From the IMG/VR virus record IMGVR_UViG_3300045988_003495: 64,000 bases of DNA. One strand, given 5' to 3'. The notes below the pieces were generated by a model. The model was not told where the DNA came from and searched no databases. It saw nothing but the letters and a program-made list of their open reading frames with translations. Source of the DNA: a virus (lineage: Duplodnaviria; Heunggongvirae; Uroviricota; Caudoviricetes). Positions 25,895 to 35,702 of this stretch are shown piece after piece. Each line of letters opens with the position of its first letter. Position 1 is the first letter of the stretch. Position numbers and translations under genes: made by a program.

Positions 25895-26518
25895 TTAAAT
25901 CAGTGTTTCCAGAACTGTTTTCAATGATGACTTAGTTGTCTGGTAAAAATGAGTGAACCCATTATTGTTATCGAATATCTGCATCATGATATCATCTCCC
26001 TTGATTGGGTACACTCGGATATCATAGTGAAACCCATTAAAGACAGCAGAACCATTACAGAACACACTAAAGTCAGCCACTGAGATATACTCTTCATGTC
26101 CTGTGATTTTTATACAAACACCTTTACTCGGTCTCTTAGGGTTGATATCTTCCATCACAGACATACTCTGTCCACCAAGAGATATCATAGTGACCACTTT
26201 ACGGTTCTTCTGTTTAAAGTACATCTTAACTTTCTGCAAAGTGTCTTCATAGAACGGATAAGACTTCTCTACAAATATTCCTTCAAGTGGCTCTTTACCA
26301 TTTTCAACTTCTCTGGTATGTCGTACTGCAAAGATAATTTGTTGGAACCAGTCAAGATTTTCTTCGGAGAGTGCTTCTCGAACATCACTCCAGTCAAGGA
26401 CTAGGTAGTTACCTTCAACATCTTTTAAGTTATCTTTTTCCATATCTATCACACCATTATCGTAAAACTTGATATTCTGGTACTGCGAATTTATTACTAT
26501 TGTTCTTGATGAGGTCAT
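25895..26518 (-). CDS. hypothetical protein
   Basis: 207 aa ORF; overlaps the upstream gene by about 60 nt so the true start may be an internal Met. Confidence 0.4.
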   Translation of the reverse strand: MTSSRTIVINSQYQNIKFYDNGVIDMEKDNLKDVEGNYLVLDWSDVREALSEENLDWFQQIIFAVRHTREVENGKEPLEGIFVEKSYPFYEDTLQKVKMYFKQKNRKVVTMISLGGQSMSVMEDINPKRPSKGVCIKITGHEEYISVADFSVFCNGSAVFNGFHYDIRVYPIKGDDIMMQIFDNNNGFTHFYQTTKSSLKTVLETLI

Positions 26519-26921
26519 CTTCTGAAACTAAAAATGTAATCCCACATAAGTGTCTGTAACGACTATCATACTCGAATATCTTAAACAGATATTTACCATC
26601 ATGATAAACCTGTTGCACTTCACCTTCTGCAACAATCTCGCCTGTAATAAAATTTTTTAGTTTATACACATTACCAACTTTAGGTACTGTTTTCATCTCA
26701 GGCTCTTTTAGTGCTACACCTATTTTTGCATCACCGAGTAAATGAGAACTCTCAAAAGCTACGTGTTTCATATAAGCTTCTGAACATTCCCAAATAAAAC
26801 AATGTACAAGAATCTTAGCAGCATGTCTTGAACAGTTCAACTTATCACAGATTTCTGTGTACATCTCATCTTTAGTCGAGTTGTCAAGCATTGCTCTTTG
26901 TACTATCTCTTTAACCTTCAT
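26457..26921 (-). CDS. hypothetical protein
   Basis: 154 aa ORF in a tightly packed leftward operon. Confidence 0.4.
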   Translation of the reverse strand: MKVKEIVQRAMLDNSTKDEMYTEICDKLNCSRHAAKILVHCFIWECSEAYMKHVAFESSHLLGDAKIGVALKEPEMKTVPKVGNVYKLKNFITGEIVAEGEVQQVYHDGKYLFKIFEYDSRYRHLCGITFLVSEDDLIKNNSNKFAVPEYQVLR

Positions 26922-27339
26922 AAGCTCTCCGAATAACCCTATTAAGCATCTCTAAAGTCAGCTTTCCAGATTCTAAATGCGGCATAACAAGCTTTAAAGC
27001 TTTTTCAACATCATGCACAACATCTATTATACCTTCTTCATAGGCTTCTACAAGGATATCTTTTACGTTTTGTTGGTTATCTTTTTGTGGTATTGCTAGA
27101 CGCATATTAAACTCATTTGCTTGAGGGTGGTCACTACCACGCCAGTAACCATCTTTGTTAAAGCTGATGTAGTCACCGTGGTAAAAGTGTACACCATTAG
27201 CTTTAAACTTCTCCAGCACAAGGCATTGAATTGGGTATTCAGTATTCCACTCCCTGACTCCTATAACCTTCACTGTTGCGATGTACTCCTGTGTTTTTGC
27301 ATCTATGATGTCAAGTTCTTGACCAGCAATGATTTGCAT
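26911..27339 (-). CDS. hypothetical protein
   Basis: 142 aa ORF. Confidence 0.4.
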   Translation of the reverse strand: MQIIAGQELDIIDAKTQEYIATVKVIGVREWNTEYPIQCLVLEKFKANGVHFYHGDYISFNKDGYWRGSDHPQANEFNMRLAIPQKDNQQNVKDILVEAYEEGIIDVVHDVEKALKLVMPHLESGKLTLEMLNRVIRRAYEG

Positions 27340-27392
27340 ATTCGCTACCTTCTAAGTTTCTACAAAGGGGCTATCAAGTAACCCCTAAGTTA

Positions 27393-27629
27393 TTACTCAG
27401 ACTTTTCAGTCTTCTTATCGGATTTCTTACTAGTCTTCTTCTCAGCCTTCTGCTCAGCCTTCTGCTCAGGTTCCTTCTCAGAAGTTGCCTTGATAACCAT
27501 ATCAAGAAGCTCTGATAAGTCACTCTTCAGCAAAGTAACAGGCTGCTCGTTGTAGAAGTTTTTGTCAAGATAAACTTTGAACTCTTCTATAGAAGGAAAT
27601 CCAAAAATTGGTACAGGTGTCTTAATCAT
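27393..27629 (-). CDS. hypothetical protein with Lys/Glu-rich tail
   Basis: 78 aa; C-terminal EQKAEQKAEKKTSKKSDKKTEKSE. Confidence 0.35.
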   Translation of the reverse strand: MIKTPVPIFGFPSIEEFKVYLDKNFYNEQPVTLLKSDLSELLDMVIKATSEKEPEQKAEQKAEKKTSKKSDKKTEKSE

Positions 27630-27705
27630 TACTTAGTCTCTCCATAGGCATCTTTTAAGATTGCCTTGTTAATCATTTCAGCGATTGCAAAACGAACACA
27701 TACAG

Positions 27706-28239
27706 CTATAATTGTAGGTTGCATTCTTTACTTACCTCTTCAAGTTTAACCTCAGAGTCCTTAAGTCGTTTCTTATGAACCCTGAACCTCATTAGTGAGA
27801 TGATGATACCAGCTAAAGGAACAGCATACAAGTACCAAACATCATGTACCTTTGCAGTAATCTGTGTAATGGTCAAGTCTTGAGCTATACAACTGATTGC
27901 TGAGACTGCCAGTAACATTGCTAAGAAGAACGCCAGTACCATAACAATACTTAGGCAGCCTCTGGCATGGTGTTCATGCTTAATACACTTGTTCTTTTCG
28001 TCAACAACCCTGTTGTAGTCGTTTGTAAAGTCTCTGTAGAAAGCTTTCAAGTATTCTTGAGTGTAGCCTTCAAAGCAACCTGTACCGTACCAATAATCAC
28101 CGCCAAAATGTGCTATGATACCGGTATCTCCATTCGGTTTGGTTACTCTAAGAGAAGTATGATGACCAGTCTTCTGGTAATCTATTTTGTATCTTTCTTC
28201 GTAAATCATTTTCCAACCCCTCTCAATCGTTTGTTCCAC
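27706..28239 (-). CDS. hypothetical membrane protein (two C-terminal TM helices)
   Basis: 177 aa; LSIVMVLAFFLAMLLAVSAISCIA and VWYLYAVPLAGIIISLM. Confidence 0.4.
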   Translation of the reverse strand: MEQTIERGWKMIYEERYKIDYQKTGHHTSLRVTKPNGDTGIIAHFGGDYWYGTGCFEGYTQEYLKAFYRDFTNDYNRVVDEKNKCIKHEHHARGCLSIVMVLAFFLAMLLAVSAISCIAQDLTITQITAKVHDVWYLYAVPLAGIIISLMRFRVHKKRLKDSEVKLEEVSKECNLQL

Positions 28240-28424
28240 TCAAGGTCAACAAGTCTTTGCAGGACTTTCCCTCTAGGTGTTACACCTTTTAAATCTGCAT
28301 CGTAGCAACGGTAAAAGTCACCTTCAGCGTGTTTACCATAACATTTTCTGATATTCTGGCTCCTACGATACTGCTCTAACAGGGATAGTTTGTAGTAATC
28401 TTCAACTGTAGTTAACTTTTTCAT
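28206..28424 (-). CDS. hypothetical protein
   Basis: 72 aa ORF overlapping neighbours at both ends. Confidence 0.3.
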   Translation of the reverse strand: MKKLTTVEDYYKLSLLEQYRRSQNIRKCYGKHAEGDFYRCYDADLKGVTPRGKVLQRLVDLEWNKRLRGVGK

Positions 28425-28966
28425 TCTTTCACCATAGCATTTCTGAACTGGCGTTGTGTTTCTCTTGTAATTTCGTTTGGAGTAAACCCTGCTTTTAGCA
28501 TATCTCTGAAAAGAACTTCTAAATGGTTCCTCTCAATGATGTAAATAGCATTCTGAGTAGCTGTTTTACGCTCCTTCAGGTCACTACTAAGCTCTTCGCA
28601 CTTGCTGGTAAGTTCTGTGTCAACTTTCTTATAGACTGGCATAACATGTGCGTAGCAACCTTTATTAGTCTCCATGAAAAATTTAAAAGATTCTTCAGAG
28701 TCCTTTAGAGCAATCCCTATAAAGTTTTTGTAAGCACCTGTGAAAGATAAGGAATCAATCTCAGCAGTTGAGTATACAGTCCCTGCACACAGTCTTGCAG
28801 AAATACTGAATGTGTGGTTTGGTGTTGTGTCAAAGTCTAAGTTCTTCAGCGGTCGGAAATAAACTGTACCATTGTGCGAGATGTGTGTTACAACAGCCTC
28901 AACACTCTTTGAAGGATTCTGTTTAACATACAAAATAATTTTATCGTGTTCTTTCACTTTAGCCAT
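28421..28966 (-). CDS. hypothetical protein
   Basis: 181 aa ORF. Confidence 0.4.
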   Translation of the reverse strand: MAKVKEHDKIILYVKQNPSKSVEAVVTHISHNGTVYFRPLKNLDFDTTPNHTFSISARLCAGTVYSTAEIDSLSFTGAYKNFIGIALKDSEESFKFFMETNKGCYAHVMPVYKKVDTELTSKCEELSSDLKERKTATQNAIYIIERNHLEVLFRDMLKAGFTPNEITRETQRQFRNAMVKE

Positions 28967-29038
28967 ATCTATTCTCCAGAAACTAAAAAGGGAACTACCT
29001 CTCGATAGCTCCCATCATAGTCAATATTGTATACTCGG

Positions 29039-29620
29039 TCAAGAGTATTTTTTAGGCAGCAATGCACTACGCTTGTTACTCTCTTCACTCAATAGTGCAA
29101 TGAAGTCATCACTTTTACCTTTCCACGGGCTGAATGAAGGGATATGTTCACGGATAGCCTCGATAACCGTCTTAAGTGCCGTGTTCTTCATCCACCAATC
29201 AGAATCTGCTGATGCCACCACGTAGTATCCACCGTCATCAGTTAAAATTGGCTCTGAAATACATGGTGAAATCAAAGTGGTGATAATTGAACCATTGTTC
29301 ATGTAGTATGTGCGTTTCATAACCTTTTCAAGAAGCTTGTGAAGGTCGCCAAACAATGTTACAAGTTCTTTGTGGTCAATATCTTTTTCGAGGTTTGCTC
29401 GATACTTCAATAGTGCAGCATCAACCTCTCTGTCATTGAACTTGAAATATTGAACCTCTTCAACAAGGCAAACACTGATATTGTTGACATTCATAGTCAA
29501 CTTGCAAACTTTTACAGGAGAGTTGATATTTGGTTGAAAAAGTGCAATACAACCTTCAATATTTCCAAAATGTTGTACCAGTGTTACTTGTGGAGTGATA
29601 TTCTGTTGCTCTTCGGACAT
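29039..29620 (-). CDS. hypothetical protein
   Basis: 193 aa ORF. Confidence 0.4.
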   Translation of the reverse strand: MSEEQQNITPQVTLVQHFGNIEGCIALFQPNINSPVKVCKLTMNVNNISVCLVEEVQYFKFNDREVDAALLKYRANLEKDIDHKELVTLFGDLHKLLEKVMKRTYYMNNGSIITTLISPCISEPILTDDGGYYVVASADSDWWMKNTALKTVIEAIREHIPSFSPWKGKSDDFIALLSEESNKRSALLPKKYS

Positions 29621-29964
29621 TACAGTTTCCTCATTAAATACTTTTTAAGTTGTGTGTTAGGTTTCTCAAAAACTTCTATAGAAGATATCTTGACAGATTC
29701 ACCACGCATACCAGTATGTTTGAATATGTAGTACTCTAACATACCTATGTACTTTGCTGGTAAGTCATGCTTGACATACACCGTCACAGAATCTTCAAAC
29801 TCAACGACCTTTGTACCATCTTTGTAGTTAAACTCTTTAGGATGGTTGTAGTTGTCTATGTCGTACATTAAAAAGAGTCTTTTACGTTGTAAGTCAAGCT
29901 TATTTGTTAAAGACTCTTTGATATCTGAGAAGTTTTTGTAAACTGTGACATGGAGCTTACTCAT
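29620..29964 (-). CDS. hypothetical protein
   Basis: 114 aa ORF. Confidence 0.4.
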   Translation of the reverse strand: MSKLHVTVYKNFSDIKESLTNKLDLQRKRLFLMYDIDNYNHPKEFNYKDGTKVVEFEDSVTVYVKHDLPAKYIGMLEYYIFKHTGMRGESVKISSIEVFEKPNTQLKKYLMRKL

Positions 29965-30250
29965 CGTTAAACTCTCTGACGAAGAAATAGTTGACTTTGT
30001 TATTACCTACCATAAGGTCAAAGCAGGTATTCTCAAAAGGTTTGTTGTAGGCATCATAAGAAGTATATGAGTCAGCTACTTGTTTAGTATTGAGCTTTTT
30101 ACTTGATGGGTTTAAGAGGCCACCATACAGCTTCTTGATAGCCTCTTCTACAACAGACCAGATAATTTCGTCAGTAATTTCTTCGTACAGGTCAAGTTCA
30201 CGCTCTAGTGAGAAGTCACAAATAGGGAAAACAACCTGTACTTTACTCAT
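29957..30250 (-). CDS. hypothetical protein
   Basis: 97 aa ORF. Confidence 0.4.
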   Translation of the reverse strand: MSKVQVVFPICDFSLERELDLYEEITDEIIWSVVEEAIKKLYGGLLNPSSKKLNTKQVADSYTSYDAYNKPFENTCFDLMVGNNKVNYFFVREFNDE

Positions 30251-30648
30251 TAACGAATCACCTGTGAGACTTGAATTGCTTCAGTTACTGACAAGTCACC
30301 TACTTTCTCTTCTTTGATAAAAGTGAAGGTGAGTTCAACAGGCTCTTGCTCTTCTTGCTCAACTGGAATGCCATTAAGCTCATCGCGGATTGATTGAGTT
30401 GTCCAGTCTTCTCCACCATCTGGATAATGGATGGCGTAACGAGGAAACTCCATATCATACCAGCCAAATACAGGACAACCATCTTCATCATCTCGCATTC
30501 TGCGAAGGGTGCTACCTGAGCCTGTAAAGCGAAGACTAATATTCCCATTACACTCAAAAATCACTGCGTCGGCAAGTCCAGCATCTTCTCGACCATCATG
30601 ACCAAATGTGTCCACCTTTACTTGGATATCTCTAACATCTTTATTCAT
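30250..30648 (-). CDS. hypothetical protein
   Basis: 132 aa ORF. Confidence 0.4.
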   Translation of the reverse strand: MNKDVRDIQVKVDTFGHDGREDAGLADAVIFECNGNISLRFTGSGSTLRRMRDDEDGCPVFGWYDMEFPRYAIHYPDGGEDWTTQSIRDELNGIPVEQEEQEPVELTFTFIKEEKVGDLSVTEAIQVSQVIR

Positions 30649-31039
30649 AAAAACCTCTCTCTGCTTGTTCGATTTTCGCTTTTAGAACTTCACACCGTTC
30701 AATGTGATATCTGGCTTCATGCTCATGTGTCGCCAAAGTTCTTTCAAGAATGGTTTTATAGTAACCTGCAAGCTGCTCTCTTGTCAATGGGTTCTCTGAA
30801 ATAATATCGAGACCACTTTCACCTAGAGTATTAAACTGCCCATGTTCATTTACATGATAAGTTTCAAACTTGAATAAACCGTTATTAGCAGCCTCAATAG
30901 GTGAGAGTTCAACCAACTCAACAGTGAACATTGTATGCACCCTATCACCAACTGTAACAATGTTACTTCCAATGATGCGTACAAGCGAACCATTACGAGT
31001 GTACTTAAAAGTCCCAAAGTCACTAGCCCAAAGCTTCAT
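30641..31039 (-). CDS. hypothetical protein
   Basis: 132 aa ORF; terminator-like hairpin downstream. Confidence 0.4.
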   Translation of the reverse strand: MKLWASDFGTFKYTRNGSLVRIIGSNIVTVGDRVHTMFTVELVELSPIEAANNGLFKFETYHVNEHGQFNTLGESGLDIISENPLTREQLAGYYKTILERTLATHEHEARYHIERCEVLKAKIEQAERGFYE

Positions 31040-31052
31040 AGTTTTTCTCCTT

Positions 31053-31080
31053 AGAAAATAAAAAGGCTCCCGAAGGAGCC
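31053..31080 (-). terminator. intrinsic terminator (minus strand) after the lysozyme gene
   Basis: Plus strand reads aaaataaaaa-ggctcc-cgaa-ggagcc; on the minus strand the hairpin is followed by a T-run. Confidence 0.55.
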
Positions 31081-31090
31081 TATGAAGATA

Positions 31091-31555
31091 TTACTTTGGG
31101 TATACACTGTCAAGATAAATGTCAGCTTCCATTCTACGTCTGTTTTTCAGGCCGTTTGAAGTGACCTTCTTACCTTTGACTGTAACCTTGTTCCACCACT
31201 GCATAGCTTCTGCACAACCGACCTTATTACCAGCATTGTGGCGCTTGATAAATGTGGAATCCTGCATAGCTGTGATACCGATGTTGTATGTTTCACTTAC
31301 AAGTGCATCAAACTCGTTCTGAGAAGTTGGAACCTTGATGGCTTTATTCACTGCTGCAACGAATTTTTCAACATCTGCAAGAAGATACTGTTCAGCTTGT
31401 TCAGCAGTAATTTTCATACCCATCTTAACAGGTTTTCCGTCAATACGGATTGTTCCATAACCGATTGTTGGGATTCCGGCAGAGTCTTCGTAAGCCTCTA
31501 ACTTCAGACCTTCAAAGAACTTAATAGCCTCTAAACCTTTTCTTGAGAGTTGCAT
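31091..31555 (-). CDS. endolysin, T4 lysozyme-like (GH24)
   Basis: 154 aa; N-terminal GLEAIKFFEGLKLEAYEDSAGIPTIGYGT matches the phage lysozyme catalytic region (Glu...Asp...Thr). Confidence 0.75.
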   Translation of the reverse strand: MQLSRKGLEAIKFFEGLKLEAYEDSAGIPTIGYGTIRIDGKPVKMGMKITAEQAEQYLLADVEKFVAAVNKAIKVPTSQNEFDALVSETYNIGITAMQDSTFIKRHNAGNKVGCAEAMQWWNKVTVKGKKVTSNGLKNRRRMEADIYLDSVYPK

Positions 31556-32187
31556 TATGCCTCCCCTGCTGGATTAACTGTAACTGTTGCTGCGTTAGAT
31601 GTTACAGAACCACCTGCACCAGTAACTACACAAGTGTATCTTCCTGCATCAGCAGTGGTTGCACCTTCTTTGGTGTAAGTTGCAGTAGTTGCATCGAGGA
31701 TATCTTCCTCACCTTTCTTCCACTGGTAACCTGTTGCACCTGTTGCCACAACATTCAGTGTTAATGTCTCACCTTCAGTGATTTCTTGATTGGTTGGCTG
31801 CTGAGTGATTGATGGTGGCTTGATAGCATCCTTCAACTTAGCATTCAACATTGAGAATGGTTTAACTCTTGCCAGCCATTCACAATAAACTGTATCAACA
31901 TCTTTACCATTGATAATTGCATATTGTAAGTCCATGAAGAAGTCAGAAGTTCTCATTTGAGCACCAACGCTGTAAAGCAACTCATCACTAAATGGAACTT
32001 TGTAGTCTGGTTTGTAGTCAAACTTCTCAACTTCTGCGATATCAGCTTCAGGCCAATACGAACTATAGGTGAGTGGTAAAATAGCCTCTTGATATGTTCT
32101 AAAATCATATCTCTTACCAGCCTTTACATTTGCAATGAAGCCCTTCACAAACTCTTTGAAGTCTGGGTAAGTCTTTGCTTTAATCAT
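31555..32187 (-). CDS. hypothetical protein with C-terminal Ig-like domain; paralogue of 32184-32555
   Basis: 210 aa; C-terminus ITQQPTNQEITEGETLTLNVVATGATGYQWKKGEE...RYTCVVTGAGGSVTSNAATVTV is Ig-like; N-terminal domain aligns with the next gene. Confidence 0.5.
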   Translation of the reverse strand: MIKAKTYPDFKEFVKGFIANVKAGKRYDFRTYQEAILPLTYSSYWPEADIAEVEKFDYKPDYKVPFSDELLYSVGAQMRTSDFFMDLQYAIINGKDVDTVYCEWLARVKPFSMLNAKLKDAIKPPSITQQPTNQEITEGETLTLNVVATGATGYQWKKGEEDILDATTATYTKEGATTADAGRYTCVVTGAGGSVTSNAATVTVNPAGEA

Positions 32188-32555
32188 TTCTTTTTAGCCT
32201 CTAAATGTGCGTTTAGTCTAAAATAACCTTTGTGATGCGGAGATACATCACCAACAACAATACCTTTAACCTTATAACCTTTACCAATTACATACTGGAT
32301 ATCCATAAGGAATCTTCCAAGACCAACAATATGGAACATCGGATATAATAGATTCTCAGAGTCTGGAATATTGATTTCAGGTTTGTAGGTGCGTTGTTCG
32401 CTTGTTGGTGTAATATCTTCTTCAGGCCATTTACTGAGTCTCCATGTCAAAGGTGTTGGGATAACATCATTAAGGTTGTACCTTTCACCATTTTGCACGG
32501 AATTGATATAGGATTGTAGGAAGCAATAAAAGTCTTTTGCACTCTTAGCTTTCAT
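32184..32555 (-). CDS. hypothetical protein, paralogue of the N-terminal domain of 31555-32187
   Basis: 123 aa; shared pattern K.F..F......V..G.RY...LP.T....WPE.DI...YKP....P.S..LLY...F.MD.QY.I..GK. Confidence 0.45.
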   Translation of the reverse strand: MKAKSAKDFYCFLQSYINSVQNGERYNLNDVIPTPLTWRLSKWPEEDITPTSEQRTYKPEINIPDSENLLYPMFHIVGLGRFLMDIQYVIGKGYKVKGIVVGDVSPHHKGYFRLNAHLEAKKK

Positions 32556-32602
32556 TAAATATCCTTATAAATAGTTAAAGGGGCATCAGCCCCTATTCAC
32601 AC

Positions 32603-33196
32603 TTAAGCTTTGGTCTTAAGTAGGTTCTTAAGTTTTTTAAGATTCATACTCTCATCAAACTTAAAACCAAATCCATTGACATAATCAATGAACTCGGATT
32701 TCTTACTGAGTGACAATGCGTAACTCATATCAAAGTTCTTACTTGTTTCTGCGTCTGGACTAGAGTTCACATCAAATGAAATTTCTGTAGGCTCTTGTTT
32801 ACTTTTTCTCATATTATCAACCAACAAACATGTATAGTTTGCTGGATAGAAATTTACACTACCATCAACGTAGCTGTATTTATTATTATTATGGATAAGG
32901 TTGGAAAATACCTTAAGGAATGTTTCTGAGTCGTGGCAAACAAGTTTGAATTGGCTGCTCTCTCCAAGTGCAACTAATGAGTACGGACTTTCACTATCGA
33001 AGTCATAGTTTGGATTCGATGTCGTCACTGTTACACGCATCAAGTTATTAGCAATAGTCTTCTGTTTAAAAGAATTTTGAACATAGTGAAGACCTCTCTC
33101 ACACTGATTGACTAGCTCTTTAAGTAGGTCATTTGCATATGGTGAATTAATTGATACAGAGCCATCACTATTGTAATTAAAACTTACTGTTAACAT
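32603..33196 (-). CDS. hypothetical protein
   Basis: 197 aa ORF. Confidence 0.4.
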   Translation of the reverse strand: MLTVSFNYNSDGSVSINSPYANDLLKELVNQCERGLHYVQNSFKQKTIANNLMRVTVTTSNPNYDFDSESPYSLVALGESSQFKLVCHDSETFLKVFSNLIHNNNKYSYVDGSVNFYPANYTCLLVDNMRKSKQEPTEISFDVNSSPDAETSKNFDMSYALSLSKKSEFIDYVNGFGFKFDESMNLKKLKNLLKTKA

Positions 33197-33423
33197 TTTT
33201 CAGTTCTCCTGCGATTTATAATTTTGCTGCAATAGAGAAACGAAGTAAACTCACTGGAAGAAACCATTAAGTGTTGTTCACTAGATTGAGCCATTGCCCT
33301 GAAATACATTCCAGTCAAAGCATCATAGTGACTATTCTTTCCAATTGAGGTTATATAGCCATGACTCTTTGCAGTTTGATATAAATCTATAATATCTGCG
33401 ATTTCTAATTGGGAACTACACAT
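33190..33423 (-). CDS. hypothetical protein
   Basis: 77 aa ORF, first gene of the leftward block. Confidence 0.3.
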   Translation of the reverse strand: MCSSQLEIADIIDLYQTAKSHGYITSIGKNSHYDALTGMYFRAMAQSSEQHLMVSSSEFTSFLYCSKIINRRRTEKC

Positions 33424-33611
33424 AGATAATCCTCTTGTCTTCTGTAATTTTGAAAGAACAGGTACAGACCAATTTCAGAGGATGAATAGTAGATTAACTC
33501 TACCCTTTTTGATTCCTTACAGTGATTGGTATTCTTACCTTTCTTCGGTTTATTTGATTTTCTCATTAAGTCTCCTTTGTAGAACAAGGCAGACCTACAG
33601 CTTTAAGTAAG

Positions 33612-33640
33612 ATGGTACAGTAATCCATACAACAAGTCAA
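33612..33640 (-). promoter_or_regulatory. candidate sigma70-like promoter for the leftward block
   Basis: Minus strand reads TTGACT, 17-nt spacer, TACCAT; divergent from plus-strand promoter candidates at 33664-33700. Confidence 0.35.
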
Positions 33641-33815
33641 GAACTATTGCAAGTTAAAAAAGTTGTTGACAAAGTACTTGACAAGGTGTAGGCTTATAAA
33701 TACTTAGAAGATAACTTAAAAGGTTCCTCTAAAAAGGCTATTTAAACAGATATCTTTCTGGATATCTATCTTTTATCTTAAAAGCCTTTTAAGAGGTCTT
33801 ATAAGAGGCATACCA

Positions 33816-34187
33816 ATGAAAAACAGAACAAACAAAGGCCAGTTTAAAAAAGGCCAGTCTGGAAACCCATCTGGAAGACCAAAAGGCTCTCGTAACAAAA
33901 GCTCACTCGTAAAAGCTCAACTGACCATTGATAATTCTGCTGAGTTCGCTGCAAAGCTGTTTGAGGCGATTGTTACAAGGGACGCGGCTAAGCTTGCAGA
34001 GTTCGGTTTAAACACAGATGACGTAACCATCAAGAGCATGATTGAGGTCGGTAAAACTATCTTTACTCACTCAGCAGGTGAGATGAAAGCACTTGCAGCA
34101 GACACTAAGAAGACTCCTGATAATGGTGGTCAACAACAGACAGATAACAAACCAACGTTCTCTGCTGTAGCGACTCTCAAAAAATAA
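33816..34187 (+). CDS. hypothetical protein with N-terminal GNPSGRPKG motif
   Basis: 123 aa; basic N-terminus KKGQSGNPSGRPKGSRNK. Confidence 0.45.
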   Translation: MKNRTNKGQFKKGQSGNPSGRPKGSRNKSSLVKAQLTIDNSAEFAAKLFEAIVTRDAAKLAEFGLNTDDVTIKSMIEVGKTIFTHSAGEMKALAADTKKTPDNGGQQQTDNKPTFSAVATLKK

Positions 34188-34199
34188 TTTTAAAAGATG

Positions 34200-34229
34200 T
34201 TGACAGACTCTACAGAGTTGCTCTAAAGT
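34200..34229 (+). promoter_or_regulatory. sigma70-like promoter embedded in a dyad (operator-like)
   Basis: TTGACA (34200-34205), 18-nt spacer, TAAAGT; inverted repeat TGACAGACT...AGTCTGTCA spans the promoter. Confidence 0.45.
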
Positions 34230-34268
34230 CTGTCACATCAAACAACAAATGAGAGAAGAGAGTAAAAT

Positions 34269-35684
34269 ATGAGCGAATTATTTAAACATGCGCACCTTCA
34301 TGCAGGTCGAACTGAAAATGGTGCTGTAAACCATACTTCATCAATGTCTGCTCTTGTAGACTTTTACAAAGCTGCTGGTTCAAGCCGTAGCAATGTAGAA
34401 ATCTTACCAGACCTGTTCTACAAAGCTTTGCGTGAGGATGTTGATGTTGCAGTCCGTATTTTACTGCATATGCGAGATGTACGAGAAGGTATGGGTGAGC
34501 GTAAAGCCTTCAGAACTGTTTTGCTTCAAGCAATTGAAGACAAAGTTTTAGAGCCTACACAGGTTCTTCGCATTATGGATAAGATTGCAGAGCTTGGTCG
34601 CTTTGATGACTTCAAAATCTTTGTAGGTACTCGTTTCGAGACAGATGCCTTCAAACATTTAGAAGCAGCATTACTAGACCCTGCAACAGCAGGTTTAGCA
34701 GCTAAGTGGTTACCACGAGTCAAACCACGTCATAAGCAGTTTGTAAAACGTTTCTGCAAGTTTGCCAACTTGAGTGAGAAAGAGTACCGCACACTGTTGT
34801 CTGCACTATCTGATACAGTTGAGCAAAAAATCTCTGCTAATGAGTTTGGTAAGATTGACTACAGCAAGATTCCTTCACTTGCTGCTGCACGTTACCAAAA
34901 ACTGTTTAACCGTAAGGATGGAGAACGCTACAAAGCTTACATTGAGTCTTTATCAAAGGGCGAGGCTAAGATTAATGCTGGTGCTGTTTACCCATACGAT
35001 GTGATTAAATCTGTCAAGCATGGTAATGCAGATGTTGCCAATGAGCAGTGGAAAGCACTACCAAACTGGATGGCAGAAGGTGAGAACATCTTGTGTATGA
35101 CTGATGTTTCAGGCTCAATGTCTTGGGTGAATCTTGGTTCAATCACTGCCCTTGATATTGGTGTATCACTTGCCTTGTATGTAGCAGAACGTAATACAGG
35201 TTGCTTTAAGGATGAGTTAATGGTTTATTCAACAAACCCTTACTTCATCGAACTGAGTGGTGATTTACGAAACCGCCATCGTCAGGTGATGCGACATGTT
35301 GAATATGGCTCAACTAACCTACAAGCAGCTTTTGACCGCATTCTTGAGGTAGGTAAGAGAAACAACTTGACTCAGAAAGATATGCCAAGTAAGCTTATCA
35401 TCTTCTCCGATATGGAGTTCAATCAGGTTGATGGAGCTAACGGTCGTACAAACTTTGAAGCAATTCAGAGTAAGTACAAAAAAGCTGGATACGAGATGCC
35501 ACAACTGGTATTCTGGTACTTAGCAAACCGTAATGGTACTTGCGAAGTGTCTGTTAAGGATAACGGTGTAGCGATGGTATCTGGTTTCTCTCCAGCCACT
35601 TTAAAAGCTCTGATTGGTGGTGAGAAGTTTGACCCAATCAGCGTAATGCTCAAAGCAGTAATGATTGACCGTTATATCTGGTAA
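34269..35684 (+). CDS. vWA-domain protein with alpha-helical N-terminal domain (TROVE/Ro60-like architecture?)
   Basis: 471 aa; MIDAS-like motif CMTDVSGSMSW then IIFSDMEF in the C-terminal half; helical N-terminal half of about 270 aa. Confidence 0.55.
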   Translation: MSELFKHAHLHAGRTENGAVNHTSSMSALVDFYKAAGSSRSNVEILPDLFYKALREDVDVAVRILLHMRDVREGMGERKAFRTVLLQAIEDKVLEPTQVLRIMDKIAELGRFDDFKIFVGTRFETDAFKHLEAALLDPATAGLAAKWLPRVKPRHKQFVKRFCKFANLSEKEYRTLLSALSDTVEQKISANEFGKIDYSKIPSLAAARYQKLFNRKDGERYKAYIESLSKGEAKINAGAVYPYDVIKSVKHGNADVANEQWKALPNWMAEGENILCMTDVSGSMSWVNLGSITALDIGVSLALYVAERNTGCFKDELMVYSTNPYFIELSGDLRNRHRQVMRHVEYGSTNLQAAFDRILEVGKRNNLTQKDMPSKLIIFSDMEFNQVDGANGRTNFEAIQSKYKKAGYEMPQLVFWYLANRNGTCEVSVKDNGVAMVSGFSPATLKALIGGEKFDPISVMLKAVMIDRYIW

Positions 35685-35702
35685 AAAGTTTTAAAAAGGG
35701 TA

